Source: Camelus ferus (taxonomy: Eukaryota). From it: 64,000 nucleotides of DNA. The translations under genes and the position numbers were made by a program. Below are positions 13,588 through 26,862 of this stretch, in pieces (the first letter of the stretch is position 1; each line of letters starts with the position of its first letter). The DNA is taken from the NCBI RefSeq assembly GCF_009834535.1, contig NC_045696.1, forward strand, positions 110,982,001 through 111,046,000, written 5' to 3'. The notes under the pieces were generated by a model that had not been told where the DNA came from, made no database searches, and saw only the letters and a list, made by a program, of their open reading frames with translations.

Positions 13588-14583
13588 TATATATATCATG
13601 TCCTCTTTATCCAATCATCTGCCCATGAATACAGGTTACTTCCATGTCTTAGCTATTGTAAATACTGCTGCTGTGCATGTATCTTTTTGAATTAGAGTTC
13701 TCTCTGGATATATTCCCAGGGGTACAATTGCCGGATCATATGGGAACTCTATTTTTAGTTTTTAGAGAACTTCCACCCTATTCTCCATAGAGGCTGCACC
13801 AATTTACATTCCCATCAATGATGTAGGAGGGTTCTATTTTTCCCACACCCTCTGCAGGATTTATTATTTGCAGATTTTTTGATGATGGTCATTCTGACCA
13901 GTGTGAGGCAATACTTCACTGTAGTTTTGATTTGCATTTCTCTAATCGTTAGTGGTGTTGAGCATCTTGTCATGTGCTTACTGGCCATCTGTATGCCTTC
14001 TTTGGAGAAACATCTATTTAGTTCTGCCCATTTTTTGACCGGATTTTTTTTAATTGAGCTGTATGAGCTGTTTGTTCACTTTGGAAATTAAGCTCTTGTT
14101 GGTTTCATCATCTGCAAGTATTTTCTCCCATTCCATAGGTTGTCTTTTCACTTTGTTTATGGATTCTTTGCTGTGCAAAACTTGTGAGTTTGATTGTCTC
14201 ATTTGTTTGTTTGTTTGTTTATTTGTTTGCTTTTTTTTATTTATTTTTTTGTCTTGGGTAACTGACCTAAGAAAACATTGCTATGATTTACGTCAGAGAA
14301 TGTTTTGCCTATGTTCTCTTCTAGGAGTTTTAAGGTGTCCTGTCTTATATTTAAGTCGTTAAGCAATTTGAGTTTATTTTTGTGTATGGTGTGAGGGAGT
14401 GTTCTAACGTCACTGATTTACATGTGGCTGTCCAGCTTTCTCAGCATCACTTGCTGAAGAGACTTGTCTTTTCTCCATTGTATGTTCTTGCCTCCTTTGT
14501 CAAAGATTAATTGACCATAGGTGTGTGGTTTTATTTCTGGGCTTCCTATTCTGTTCCATTGATCCATATGTTTGTTTTCGTGT
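13588..14583 (-). mobile_element. LINE-1 ORF2 3' fragment (moderately young)
   Basis: ORF 14418-14672 contains HMDQWNRIGSPEIKPHTYGQLIFDKGGKNIQWRKDKSL, a hallmark L1 ORF2 stretch. Confidence 0.9.
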
Positions 14584-16613
14584 AGGTAGGCCTTACTCTT
14601 TAATATCTGAAGTGTACACAGTTGAAGAAAGGTCCTTGCAGAAAGCGTCAGGGTGCTTAATGAGAACAGCACTTTGGGATCACACTGTCTGTTCTAGGAC
14701 AGTTTGCCTCTGATGGCTTTTCCCCTCAGGAAACTTACTAGCATTACTTATATGTAATCTTGGAACTTTCTTGTGAAAGAAAATGACAACAGGAACCTCC
14801 AGAAACCCCAGAGCATCTCTTGGTTCAACGACTATTATGTTCTGCTAACTGAAAAGTGGCGCCCACACCAATTTCTGAACTCCCTGCATACAGAAAATAG
14901 TAATCTCTCCATTAGGTCAGATTGCCCTAGCACGACAGCAGATTTCAGTCAATCTTTGCTCTTCCGATGCCATCACTGAAATTTGCTGAGGGATAGCAAT
15001 GTATCATTTTTTATGTCATTCTCTGGAACAAGTGTTCTGATCTACTAAAACCCAGAAACTATTATTTTATTTTGGGAGACTTTTTAATCTCCTCCTAGGA
15101 TTTAAAAATCACTTAGAGATCCAATCCTGTAGCAAACATATTCATCACAAACACTGTAAGGAGGGTTAAGTCCTCATGGGCTTGTGAAAACTGCCATTGA
15201 TACATTCTGAAAGACATCCATGTCTAAAGTCTAGGAAAGATGCAAAAGTTTTTGTTCATTTTCTGCACTGACTTTATTTGGAAACAGGTGCAAATAAAAG
15301 AATTTGGGTAACCATTTACCAAGGTAATTCCTGGAGGAGAATATCTTATCAGCAATATGCCCCAAATAAGACTATATTAAAAACAATCTCATATCATCTA
15401 CTAATGGAGATCTTTCCAGGGCTGATGAAAGATTAATGGGAGTGTTTGATGAGGTTGATTTACATAGGATAGAGTGAAGCATGGTGGGGGTAGATAAATT
15501 ATGTTTGCTAATAGGAAAATGGGCACAGAAAGGAAATAGAAAATCTTACTGCTTATCCCCGTTGTCAGTGCCCTGGAAGATAGATGACAGTTGTTGCATT
15601 CCCATCTGTCATGCTAACAGACTATAGATAACTTCCAAGAACAGTACCCTGATGACAAGTATAGACTTCAAGCAGTTTCAATTGGCATTATTCTGTCAAT
15701 TATAAAACTTGAAATTAAAAAAAGTAATAAACATTGAATTTGGTGTTGTGTCTGTGCTTAATTAGACTCATCAAATACCAATGGGGTTTTCAATCTCTTG
15801 AATTACTATCTGCTTGATTGTTAGTAAACAGCAACAGTTTGGGAGTAGAAAGACTGGGATTAAAATTTTAGCTCCAGTATTCACTATCTGGCTTCCTCTA
15901 GGCAAGTTAGGGTTTTAGAATTTGAAATATTATGGCATAAAAACTGGTAAGTCATAGATTGTTTAGACAGCTAAATAAAAGATTATTAGTAATTGAACAG
16001 CATGTGACCTAGGATGAGGATTATTCCTGTTGTCCTTTTTAAAATAAAATGGGATCATAGAGATGGACAATTCCAAGGTCAAAGAGACAGCTTCTCCTCT
16101 ATGGGAATATCAGTGCACATAACTGTTACTAAACCAACGTACAGTTGCTCATTGCAGAGAGACTGATGGTATGATGTCAGATAGGATAAAGGGTACAGGA
16201 TGAAAGTCCCTCTTCTATTATGTGCCACACAATTTTGAGCCAGATGCTTACTGAGTCTCAGATTGCTCATCTGTTAAGAATAAATAAAGACAATGGCGTG
16301 GTATTAAATGACATTATATATTGGAGAAGGGCTGTTGCTACTAGGAATCAATAAACTTTTTATTCTGTCCTGAAATTACTTTCTTTTCTAGAAAAATTGG
16401 AGTATTTTGAAATTTAAATATTTTCCCCTAACATTCTGGTGCATACTATTCAGGGATTTTTTTTTTACTTGGGAAGAACAAAGCTTTCCAAAACAGTATT
16501 AAAGGACTGCTAGTTCAAGGAGAATACTGAACACATGTGTCTATCTCCCTTTGCTCCTAAGAATACATTGAAATAACAAAAAAGAATTTTTTTTTAATGG
16601 AGCAGTCTCATAG

Positions 16614-16892
16614 TGTGGAAGCTGTTGATGGCCCACCCAAATCACTTTAACTGGAGGTGCACTTTCCTCCCAGCTGCTGTGAGTGTGTTAAAGGCTCACA
16701 ACTGCTCTGGGAAATTCCGGCTCCAGAGCACCCTGGGGTATCAGGCTGGAGCCAGGCTCCTGCTGAGACCACACTCTAATTTGTGTAGCTCCTTGTCCTT
16801 CCCTAACACCCCTCTCCAGAAAACCCTCTCCCAGTAAGTCACTTGCACAAGAATTGCCATCTCAGATGTTCCTTCCAGGGACCCAAAACACA
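16614..16892 (+). mobile_element. LTR16A-like ERVL LTR, internally deleted
   Basis: 'tgtggaagctgttgatggcccaccc...cccagctgctgtgagtg...aagtcacttgcacaagaattgccatctcag'. Confidence 0.65.
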
Positions 16893-17654
16893 ATAGCTTG
16901 TAATAGTGAACAAACAGTGTGAGGGGCTGTGGTGACTAGCTCATCGGTGGATAAGCAGAAGTCATCCATGTAGAAAGATACTTAGGGGCTCAAAATCAGG
17001 AGAGGAGCGAATTGTGTGTGTTTAGAGGCTGGTTAGTAGAAAGTCCTAACTTAGAAAAGGTACCCTAACACATATGCTCCATCACAAAGACAGGCAGTGT
17101 AGCATTTTGCCCCAGCCAAAGCCCACAGGACTCATCTCTAAACCAACTAAAAACCGTTGGGGAATTAATGGCTGCCAATGACATGGTAGAGTCCCCTTAA
17201 AACCTCTTCTTGTTCCTTAGCCTCGCAGCCAACCTCCTGACCACTTGTGTGTGCCAAACAGAAGAAACCTGCATCTCCTCCCTGGGTTAATCAAGAGTCC
17301 CTGACTCTTAAAAAGGATTATACAGAGATCACCAGTCCTAAGAAGGCCAGCGTAAACAAAGGCAAAAACTGACTCCAGAGGAAAGGAAACTGGAACAGAA
17401 GAGACCTAAAGTGAAACAATACAACAACAACATCTTTTATTAGTGTGCAGAGATGTGGGAAGGTATTGCATTTGTTAAATAAGAACTAGATAGTTTCCAC
17501 TATTTTTATTTTTTCACTGGAAGATAATAAGAGAAGGAAAAAGTTCTTAGGAGTTCTAAGCGATTGCAGAAATAAAACATTCAGTGGGAGTGTTGGAAGA
17601 TAAAGTTGGGTGCTCTGCCATAATGTAGAGACAATATGAAAGAAAAGATACATG

Positions 17655-17880
17655 CTGTAGACCTGTGCAGTCACATATGGCAACAGTTAGCTATGTGTGG
17701 CTACTGAGTGCTTGAAACATGGCTAGTCCAAAGGGCTGTGATTATTATATACAACCAGATTTTGAAGACTTAACACCAAATAAAGAATGTAAGATATCTC
17801 AGTCACATTTTTATGTTGATTAAATTTTGAAATAATATTTTATATATAAATGTAAGTAAAATATAATATTAAATATAGTA
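17655..17880. mobile_element. MER3/MER33-like hAT-Charlie element
   Basis: 'atgtgtggctactgagtgcttgaaacatggctagtcc...ccagattttgaagactta...aatgtaagatatctca'. Confidence 0.75.
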
Positions 17881-19409
17881 CTAATATTTAGCATTTATTA
17901 GTAGTGAAATACTATTCCTATTAAATGAAATATTTTGAAGAAAATATTTTCTGCAACCCAACATGGAAAGCATGGAATGTGGCTGTAGGATCCGAAGTGT
18001 GTCTGTTTGACCCTTTCTGGCACTTCCACCAGCTCTGGGCATCTTGAGAATCCAGCCTGAAACCCAAGAGCTTGGATAAAATGCAAAGTCTTCTTTCCGC
18101 TACTAAACACTGAGTTCCTATTTCTGATTTGATGGCTCAGATGGGCCCCATTTCCCTGTTCTTCAGGCATAGATTTTAGACTCCCCATTGGGTCTCAAAT
18201 CCCTTTAAGGCAACAATGGTGTCTCGGGCTGTGTCCACCCCTGCTGTTTGTTTTCTCTATAACTGACTCCAACCATCATTTACCAGAAATCACTCTTAGA
18301 CTCCCAGTTCATTTGTGTGACTGCAGTTCATTGCTTTGCTTGTTAAATAGAAAACCGAGTTGTGGTTCAAAGTGTTGTTTCCCTGATTAGAGATTGTTGG
18401 TAAATCCGCTTTTTCGCTTTTGTTTGCTCCTACATCCGTTTCTCCAACCATCATACATTTTTCAGTGGCTGGACACCTAATGAGACAGAGTCAGAAGCTG
18501 TCTCCAAGTGATCCAACTTCCCAGACAATGACAAGCCTGGCTTGGATTTTCAATTAAAAGAAAGTTGAAAAGAGAAAGAAGAAAGCAAGCAAGTAATTAA
18601 GCAGCAACAGGGTCTTGGCAAAAGTTGTTAAATGAATAATTTAATGAAGCAGTTTGGAGCAGATAGACCTGGCTCCCTCTGGCTCCGCTTCCTGTAAAAG
18701 CCCTACCGACTGCCTCCTACCTTCTTTGTCATGCTCTGACGAAAAGGCCAGGTGGGTCTATGGGATGTGGGGAAAATGGGGAATTATGTGTGATAAATGT
18801 TTTGTGGAGGGTTGCCAGCCAAAGGAAGTCTCAGCCAAAAAGAGGACTGCTGAGAAGGGGACTTGTTTGGGAATTCCCAGCACTTGCAGTGAGGGTACGT
18901 AAAAGAATAGCTGTCTTTTTGAAATATGTTTATTTTTATTTATTCTTTTAAGAGTAGCTGTCTGTAAGGAGCCGCCTGGTGTGATACTGAGGCGTCAAGG
19001 TCCCAGGCATCCCAGGGCTAGGCAGGCTGAAATGACTGAGGAGGGAATCTGGGATTTCAGAGTTTGGTGTTTAATCCTCCTCTGTTTAGCAACTAATTCA
19101 AAACCTATTATTATAACCTCCCAGCCATCTGCTGGCTGGATTGAACATCCAGTTTAATTTGCAACCTCTGAGTTCAATAATGTGAAAGAGAGGTGAATTA
19201 TCAAGAGACAGAGGGTTGGGAGTCAGAGGTCCATGAGCTGAGTCTGAGCTGCAGCATCTCATGCTGTCAGGCATTAGTGACTGAGTGTATCACCCAGCAG
19301 GAGCACCTTGTGTGTGGCTGTTCTTACTCGTGGTCAAATATTGATGTCATAGAAAAGGTTCCTTCTGTTCTGTGTATCTGGACTTACCTATACTGACTTG
19401 AGGACCCTT

Positions 19410-20059
19410 TGAGACAGGAGGGAAAGGGGCAGGGCATGGCCATCAGAGAATGACACAGCAATTAACACCAAAATGTGGAAGATTCAACTCCCAACAGACC
19501 CTGAGACCCAAGACGGTGGGAGATTTGACTTCCAGTAGACCTTGAGCTTCATTATACACTCACTGTAATGTATTAGCATGGGAAATGGCACTTCCACAGG
19601 TGCCATGACAATTCCGAGGTTGATGATAAAAGGTCAAAGAGTGGGCGGTGTCCCAATTCCTGGGAATCCCAGCCCCTCCCCCCAAAAGTAGATGGAACAA
19701 TCCTCCCACTTGTTAGCTTATAAGCTACAGAGCCCATAGAAACTAACAGCACCGCGCCTGGTGGCGTCTTGTTCCCTCCTCTTCTGAGACGGCTCGCACT
19801 CTGCCTATGGAGTGTATGTCTATTGAGCACCCGTCCCTCACACCTCGTGGCCTTTCTCTTGCCCTCTGAAACAGCCTGCACTCTTTCTATGCAGTATGTA
19901 TCTCTCTAAATAAATCTACCTTTACTCCCCTGTGGCTCACTCTTGAATTCTTTCCTGTGCCAAGCCAAGGACCCACACTTGGTGGGGCACATCCCAGGGA
20001 CTCAACTGAGACCTGGGACACGGCCCTCCTCTCACCCCACATTCCTTTTTCCTGTATCA
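19410..20059 (+). mobile_element. ERV1 solo LTR, MER41-like
   Basis: TG...CA termini, exact 4-bp TSD CCTT (19406-19409 / 20060-20063), AATAAA ~19909, internal direct repeat 'gcactct..ctatg..gt.t'. Confidence 0.9.
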
Positions 20060-20697
20060 CCTTGGGATGGAAGTGAGTGGAATGCTGATGCATGTCTCCA
20101 CTTGCAGGACTTCTCACTGATGATGCCTGTTTGTGCACACCGCTTTGTGGTATGTGTGTGTCTGTGTGCACATGTACAGCAGGCTCCCCCAGAGGAGACA
20201 AAAATATGTTTGCATAGTGCAGGGGAGTAATGAAGGCGAGTGGAGGATGTTGCATGAGTGGCTAAGAGTAACCTCAACCTTCTAAAAGGCAAGGCCTGGA
20301 AGGGTGTTCTGAGTATGCAGTAGGTGCTCAAAAACGTTTATTGTCTTTGACGAGCTGCTACTAAGTTAAGCATCAGCAATGTAGGCGATGTTAAAGCCTG
20401 CTAGGCAAGTCTGGGAGCATGGGAATGTATCTAGAAAAAGGGAGAAAAATTAAAAAGGAGGAGTGTTTGCAGAAAAAGACCATTTTCTGAACTAAGAGGT
20501 GGTGAAACTAATTGGAAAATCAAGTGGCCAGGTCCTAGGGGAGAAGGGAATGTTGGCGGGATGTCTGTGAATGAGACACTCAATTCTGTTCACCTCCAGG
20601 TGACCGGACACTGCTAGGGAAGTTGTCAACAACTCTTTCCAGATGCTACCTTCAAGGGAAGAGGATTCTACTAGTGGCCTTTTAGGTTTGTCTCCAG

Positions 20698-21193
20698 TGT
20701 GAAAAAAAAAGAGATCAAAATGAAGTCATCATTTCTAAGAACACTCTATAAAATGGAGCCGGGAAGCCATTAAGGAAGTGTGACTTATGCACAGCTTAGC
20801 CTGTATGAAAGCTGAACTTTGACCGCATACTCTCTTCACAAAGACACCCAGAATATTTGCCCAATGTTCCAGAAACTCGAGATACTTTTCAGGCCCTTAC
20901 TATAAAAAAACTCATGACAACCTATCTACTTGTTGGACATTTACCCTAAATCACTCATGACAACCTATCCCTTAAGTATATATATTTCCTTTCTTGCATC
21001 AGAGTCAATCATAATTCTTGCCAGACAACTTTAACAATTTTGGGGCTTTTGCTTTTATAAGCCCCTGACTCATTCTCTTTCCTGAAACACTCTTTGGGTT
21101 TTACCTGAATCATTGTGTCTCCCAAATTGCAATTCCCAAGACCCTAAATAAACTCTTTTCTTATTTGCAGGCTTCTGCATTTCTTGATTGACA
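20698..21193 (+). mobile_element. ERV1 solo LTR (MER34-like)
   Basis: TG...CA termini, TSD CCAG/CTAG (3 of 4 match), 'tttataag' TATA-like box, 'attgcaattcccaagaccctaaataaact' poly(A) region. Confidence 0.8.
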
Positions 21194-21349
21194 CTAGTTA
21201 GATGCAAGTTAATTCCAAGAGTGGACAGAATGCTGCCTGCACATGTCCAGTGACTATTATAGCTAACTATGGCAGGCTGCAGCAGGCAGAGGCTGACCTG
21301 TACAAAATGAGTCATATGCTGACACATAATAAAGTCTTCTCTGCAATGT

Positions 21350-21560
21350 GACAAGGAGTTTACCACTTTACATTGATTTCATCTGACTTAATCTTTGAAA
21401 TACATTTAAGGAAGGCATTATTTTCCTCACTGTGAAGATGAACAAAGCTGAATCTCAGAGAAATTAACTTGCTAGTTAGTCCAGAGTTAAACAACCTGTA
21501 AGTGGTAGGGCCAAGCTTTAAGTTCCATTTTGTTTGACTTCAAAGGCACTGAATAATGAA
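21350..21560 (-). mobile_element. MIR
   Basis: 'ttatttcctcactgtgaagatgaacaaagctgaatctcagagaaattaacttgc'-like core. Confidence 0.6.
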
Positions 21561-21820
21561 TGTTGTTTATCATACAACCCTCACTAAAGAGCTATAAGGG
21601 TATGGTGAGGTTAGGAAAGGCTGAACATTTTCTATCATTGAAAAGGAAGCACAGATAGAGAAGATCAACTTGTAAGTCCCAGAGAGCCCACTCAGGATTG
21701 TGGGAAGAGAGTTTAGTTAAGGAAAGTGACACTGAAGATACTGAGTAGGACACTGTGTGTCCCTCCCTGACACAATCCTGCCTCTTATTTATAGAAAAGT
21801 TGAAGTCTCCCAGATCTTCC

Positions 21821-22575
21821 TGAGCCATAAAAGAGCAGGATTAAGCACTAGGACAATAGTCACAGACTCTCTGATAAATATTCCTGAGTCCCTTTACAAA
21901 TACTGTAACTGCAACCAGAGGGAAAAAGCTAACTGCATGATGATCAGGTCTCTTCTCTAGCCTCCCCTTCAGTAACTTTACAAACTGTTACTAAGTTATG
22001 GCCCCCAGGGTCATACCCCTTCCCCTCTATTGAGTAGAAACCAGTTACTCTTATCTAAATCTCAAGAGCAGCCACAAAAAGAAGAAAGAAGAACTGGTTG
22101 GAACCAACTAGACCCAAGATGATGGAGAATTTGAATTCCAGTGGTCCTTGGGTCTTATTACCATGCTTATTGTAGTGCATTAGCATGCTAAATGACACAC
22201 CCACCAGTGCCATTCCAGTTGACAGTTGCTGTGACAGCAACTGGAAAAGCCCACAGAAAGATAGGAAAAAGAGGTGATTGGCTCCACCACACCCAGAAGG
22301 AGGACATGATGGCAGAAGCTTCTAATCAAAGTCCAATTGGCCTGACCCAGAGTTGAAGATGTCTCCATTGACCATCTTGATTGACAGCTCCCTGCTCAAG
22401 CATTTCTCTTTCCTTTTTACCACTCAAGCACTTTCTTGCATTTTCTCTCCCCCCAAGCAATAAAGCAGCTTTTCACCTTGTCCCTCTGCCTCTGCTGTGA
22501 ATCTTTCTCAGCCAATGGCAAGGACCCACACTTTGATGGGCTTCCTGATTTAGAGGTTGCTCTATCTGCTAATAA
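21821..22575 (+). mobile_element. ERV1 LTR, second MER41-like copy
   Basis: Shares 'agacccaaga...atttga.ttccagt...attagcatg...gtgccat' and 'caaggacccacactt' with the 19410 LTR; AATAAA ~22459; ends uncertain. Confidence 0.7.
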
Positions 22576-22721
22576 AAGGGTAACTTTGACTTACTCCTAT
22601 CAGTCATTCAGGATAAATTCAGTAGCTGAGAGAACAAGGAAGAAGTGCAAGAAATAAAATGTAAGAAGGTTACAACAAACATGAAAACAGAGGCTTCACT
22701 TCTCCCTTTGCTTTCTAACTT

Positions 22722-23249
22722 TGGTGGGGGAGGCAAAACAATTTTCCCCATCATTTTAGGCTCCTGGTTGAGACATTCCTTGTAATAAAAGGCAGTAATA
22801 GGGGAAAAACAAACAAGTTTAATAATATACATTCCTCCTGTATACATGGGAGGTACCAAGGAAAATTGAATAACTCCTTTAAATGACCCAAGCCAGCACC
22901 TTAAATACCATCTCCAGCTAAAGGCAAAAGAACATATTGGGGGTGTGGGAGGGAGCAGGTCTGGGAGGTTTCCAAGAAAAGCACAGTAAACAAGGGACAG
23001 GGTTGTTATGCAGGTCTAAGTGTTACCTTTTCCATTAATAAAATTATCTAGAGATTTAGAGTCATCCTTCTATTCCTGATGCAGAGAGGGACACACTTTT
23101 ACAAGCGGAGATTTCCCTTATAAGTGTAAATGTCTCTTACGAAAGGTAACTTCACTGAGTTTTCAGAACTTCTCCTATGCTCTGTTCCTTAAAAATAACT
23201 AATTTAAGAAAATCAATATGCCAAAGAGGCATATTCCCGCCTCCTCCAT
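22722..23249 (-). mobile_element. ERV1 LTR (MER4/MER34-group-like)
   Basis: 'aaaaacaaacaagtttaataatat', 'ccttaaataccatctccagc', 'aaaatcaatatgccaaagaggcatatt' resemble eutherian ERV1 LTRs in reverse. Confidence 0.7.
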
Positions 23250-25911
23250 AAAATTTGAGTAGCTGATAAGCTGAAACCATATATATATATATACATATAC
23301 ACACACATACATATATATGTATATAATATATATGGGACTTATATTTAAAGAGAGTGTATAATATGACTTGCCCTAAGCCACTCTAACTCAGTTTAAACCC
23401 TTGCCACACTGAGAAAATAATCTTCTAGCCACCCTAGCCAGAGGCCTCAGGATCCCTACAAATTGTAGTTGATGTTCCTGAGACCTTTCCCTTATGGATT
23501 CCGGCAGCTCTGTGTCATTGCCCTTGTGCTTCCCAGACTCCCTGCTGATGAGTCCTTGCCCTCATCTTACCTTTCCTGTTGGCATTCTGTTTTTCTCAGC
23601 ATTACTCTTTCCCCTATATTCATTCCCTTGGAAATGTTGTGTCCTAAACACTGAAACTTCATCCAATGACTCTTGAGAGTCAATGGATGAATCTTCCATC
23701 CCTGTCTTTTCTCTTAATGCCATGTTTCAAATAAGTGTGACTTTGACCTTGTCTAAAACAGAGCCAATTTTGCCCTCATTTCAGACCTGATTTTTCTAAC
23801 TTATGATAAGATTTTGGGTGCTTTTAACTTTTCTCATATCCCAATCCTTATTGAAATTCTGATTCTCCTCTTTAGCTCAACAAAGCAACAGTAGTACATG
23901 CATCCTGTGGCTCAAGTACTGTTCATGGTGCTGAACAGGAATGGCAGTCTAGGTCTTCTGAAATTCTTATTAGTCAATGCTTCCCATATTCTTCCTGCCA
24001 GCCCTCAAAGAAGTCCTACTTACCTACTTCCATGCTATAATGATAGTTCTGTACTTGGTCTTCTGATTTGTAGGGTTCACATTTCCAATCCATTTTGCAT
24101 ATCACTGAAAGACACACCTCTTAAAATACTCTGCTATCTGTATATCTCAGTTGCTAAAAAACCTAAAGACTACAACCAGATTCCTTTCTGATCTTTCTAT
24201 TTATTCTAGACTCAAACCCTTACTCACATTCTCAGTTGTCTTTGTGGTTGTTCCATTGCTGCCAAAGTTATTTACTTGCTGCTTTTCAAGCACATTTTAA
24301 ATTCAAGGTATTTTTATTTTCTAAAACATATTTTGTAACCCTATTTCACCTCTTAAAGCCTAGTCATCCTTTAAGACCCTTTTGAAATACCAGTTCCTTC
24401 ATTTAGCCTTCATTTTCACCATGGAGTAGAGCTGCAATTCCTATCCCTTGAATTTAAGGGTTTTTAAAAAAATCAATGAAGGGCCATGAATTCCCTTCCC
24501 CAATTTGTTGCAGACTGACACATTTATAAATTACAGTAAAAATGAAGTACTAGAAAAACAAAATAAAAATATACAAAACACTATCCCCCAATTTTTACTA
24601 TTAGATTCAACATTCAAGACCACTGATCACATGGAATATTTCAGCAATGTCAAATGCTATCAAAGTTTCTGTGGAGGTACTCTCAGATTCTGTACTTTGC
24701 TCACTGTGGGCAGTTGACAAACCTCAGACTGGTCTGGATCTGCAGACCACATTGTGAGTAACACTGCTTAGAACTAGAGTACTCTACCATTCATATATCA
24801 TTCATCAAGTTATATCAAATTATATGTCTATGTGTCTTATGTTTTTACTGGTTAAAGCATCAAAGATGGTGCAGGCTGGGTCTCAAGCATTATTTTTACA
24901 TCCCACCCAACCCAGTACAGTATATTGCAACACATATTTGTGGAGTGACTAGTTAACTGAATAAATGAAAGATTGATAGTACTCATACATAATAGTTCCC
25001 ATTATTTGACATGGATGAAAAAATGACCTCACATTCAGTCCTCAGGAAGCATTTTTCATCTAGACACTAACAGCTAACTGCATTATAAATTTATCTTTTC
25101 TTCTGGCTTCTCTTTTTTTTTTTTCTCTGTTGTCTAAATTTGGTTCTTGATCTTCCTTTACTACCTCACCATTGTCACTGCTAATAATCATGTTTTTATT
25201 AAAAATGCCAACTGTAATAAATGAAGTCTGATCTCTGTTAAAACTGAAATGCTAATAGCAAAAAATAAGTTTTCTTTGCTTGGTCATAGACCTCATATAC
25301 TGCCTTTATTATTTCTGCCTTATTATTAATATAGTTCTATTACAAATTTATGCAGTGACATTTTCATGTATTCTAAGCAAATAATGATTTTTTGATAAAA
25401 CATATCTTGTAGTGTAAAGAATGTGACTGAAACTTGGTTGACCTACTTACATCTCATTTTAATATCACTGCTGTTAAATTAGAGAGTAATAAAATTAAAC
25501 AGTTGTTAGTAGGAAAGATGATATTAAATCTATTTTAAAATGTAAGGAAGGATAGAAAAAAACTGTTAATTAATTCCCATCACAAGAGGACCTCAAGATG
25601 AAAAAAAATTAACCCACACTGATACAGCCTACCCTAGGTCTATCAGATATTCAAGGCTAACAGAACTTTGGAGGACTTTAGTTGACACCTAGAGTAGAGA
25701 AGAAAAGGAACTATAAGTCTTAAAAATCATAATGATAGAGACTTTTGACTCCATGGGCAGGTAAATACTTGCTTATGGAGAAAATAATCTTCTCTCTATA
25801 AGGGCTTATGCTGGGATGTGTCTGAAAAACACAATAACAACAAACAAACATGTTTGCCCTTGAATGATATTTCTACCTTGGAGATTTTCTACTGAAAACC
25901 TGCTAAAAAAT

Positions 25912-26862
25912 TGATTTTATTTTTTAGAACAGTTTTGGGTTCACAGCAAAATTGAGTCGAAAGTACAGAAGTTCCCACACACTCCCTTCCCCAACACATG
26001 CACAGCCTCCTACACTACCAATATCCTGCACCAAAGGGTACATTTTGTTACAATTGATGAAACTACATTGACACGTCATTATCACTCAAAGTTCATAGTT
26101 TACATAGGGTTCACTCTTCGTGTTGGGCATTCTGTGAGTTTGGACAAATGTATAATGACCTATATCCACCACTGAAGGATTATATGAAATAGTTTCACTG
26201 CCCCCCAAAATCCCCTATTCTCCGCTTGCCCATCTGTCTCTCCTCCCTAACCCCTGGCAAGCAATGAAAGTTTCATTGTCTCAATAATTTTGCCTTTTCC
26301 AGGATGTCATGTAGTTGGAATCTTTATTTTTTTTAAGTATGTTACCTTTCAGATTGGCTTCTTACACTTAGTAATAGGCATTCAAGTTTCCTCTGAGTCT
26401 TTTCATGGCTTGATAGTTATTTTTTTTTCTTTTAGCAGAGAATAATGTTTCATTAACTGGATGTATCATAGTTTATTTATCCATTCATCTCCTGAAGGCT
26501 ATCATGCTTGCTTCCAAATTTTGGTATTCATGAATAAAGCTGCTATAAACATCGATGTGCAAGTTTTTGTGTAGACATTATTTTTTAACTCCTTTGGGTA
26601 ATTACCAATGACAATGATTGCTGGATGGTATGGTAAGAATATGCTTAGTTTTGTTAGAAACTGCCAAAATGTCTCCAAAGTGGTTGTGCCATCTTGCAGT
26701 CTCACCAGCAATGAATGAGGGTACCTGCTGCCTCACTCCTTTGCCAGGATTTGATGTTGTCAGCGTTCTGTATTTTCGCCATTCTAATAGGTGTGCAGCA
26801 GTATGTCATTTTTTAAATTTGCAGTTCCCTAATGACATATGATGTGGAGCATCTTTTCCTAC
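25912..26862 (-). mobile_element. L1MC1/L1MC2-like 3' end
   Basis: 'ttttagaacagttttgggttcacagcaaaattgag...gttacaattgatgaaactacattgacac...catagtttacatagggttcactctt'; ORF 26502-26711 is L1 ORF2 C-terminus-like (YPKELK...KTCTSMFIAALF). Confidence 0.9.

Noticed and set aside
14855..14872. 'tggcgccca' as a tRNA-Lys primer-binding site
   Set aside because: Only about 9 nt match and there is no upstream LTR end.
15585..15612. Small hairpin atgacag...ctgtcat as a miRNA
   Set aside because: The stem is only about 7-10 bp, far too short for a pre-miRNA.
18969..18982. CTCF-like motif (reverse complement ACACCAGGCGGCTC)
   Set aside because: It has three mismatches to the core and cannot be distinguished from chance without ChIP data.
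20910..20969. Repeat-spacer-repeat as a CRISPR array
   Set aside because: There are only two units, inside a mammalian LTR, and no cas genes.
19410..22575. The two same-strand MER41-like LTRs as the ends of one provirus
   Set aside because: The first LTR has its own complete TSD (CCTT), the copies are too diverged, and no PBS, PPT or gag/pol lies between them.
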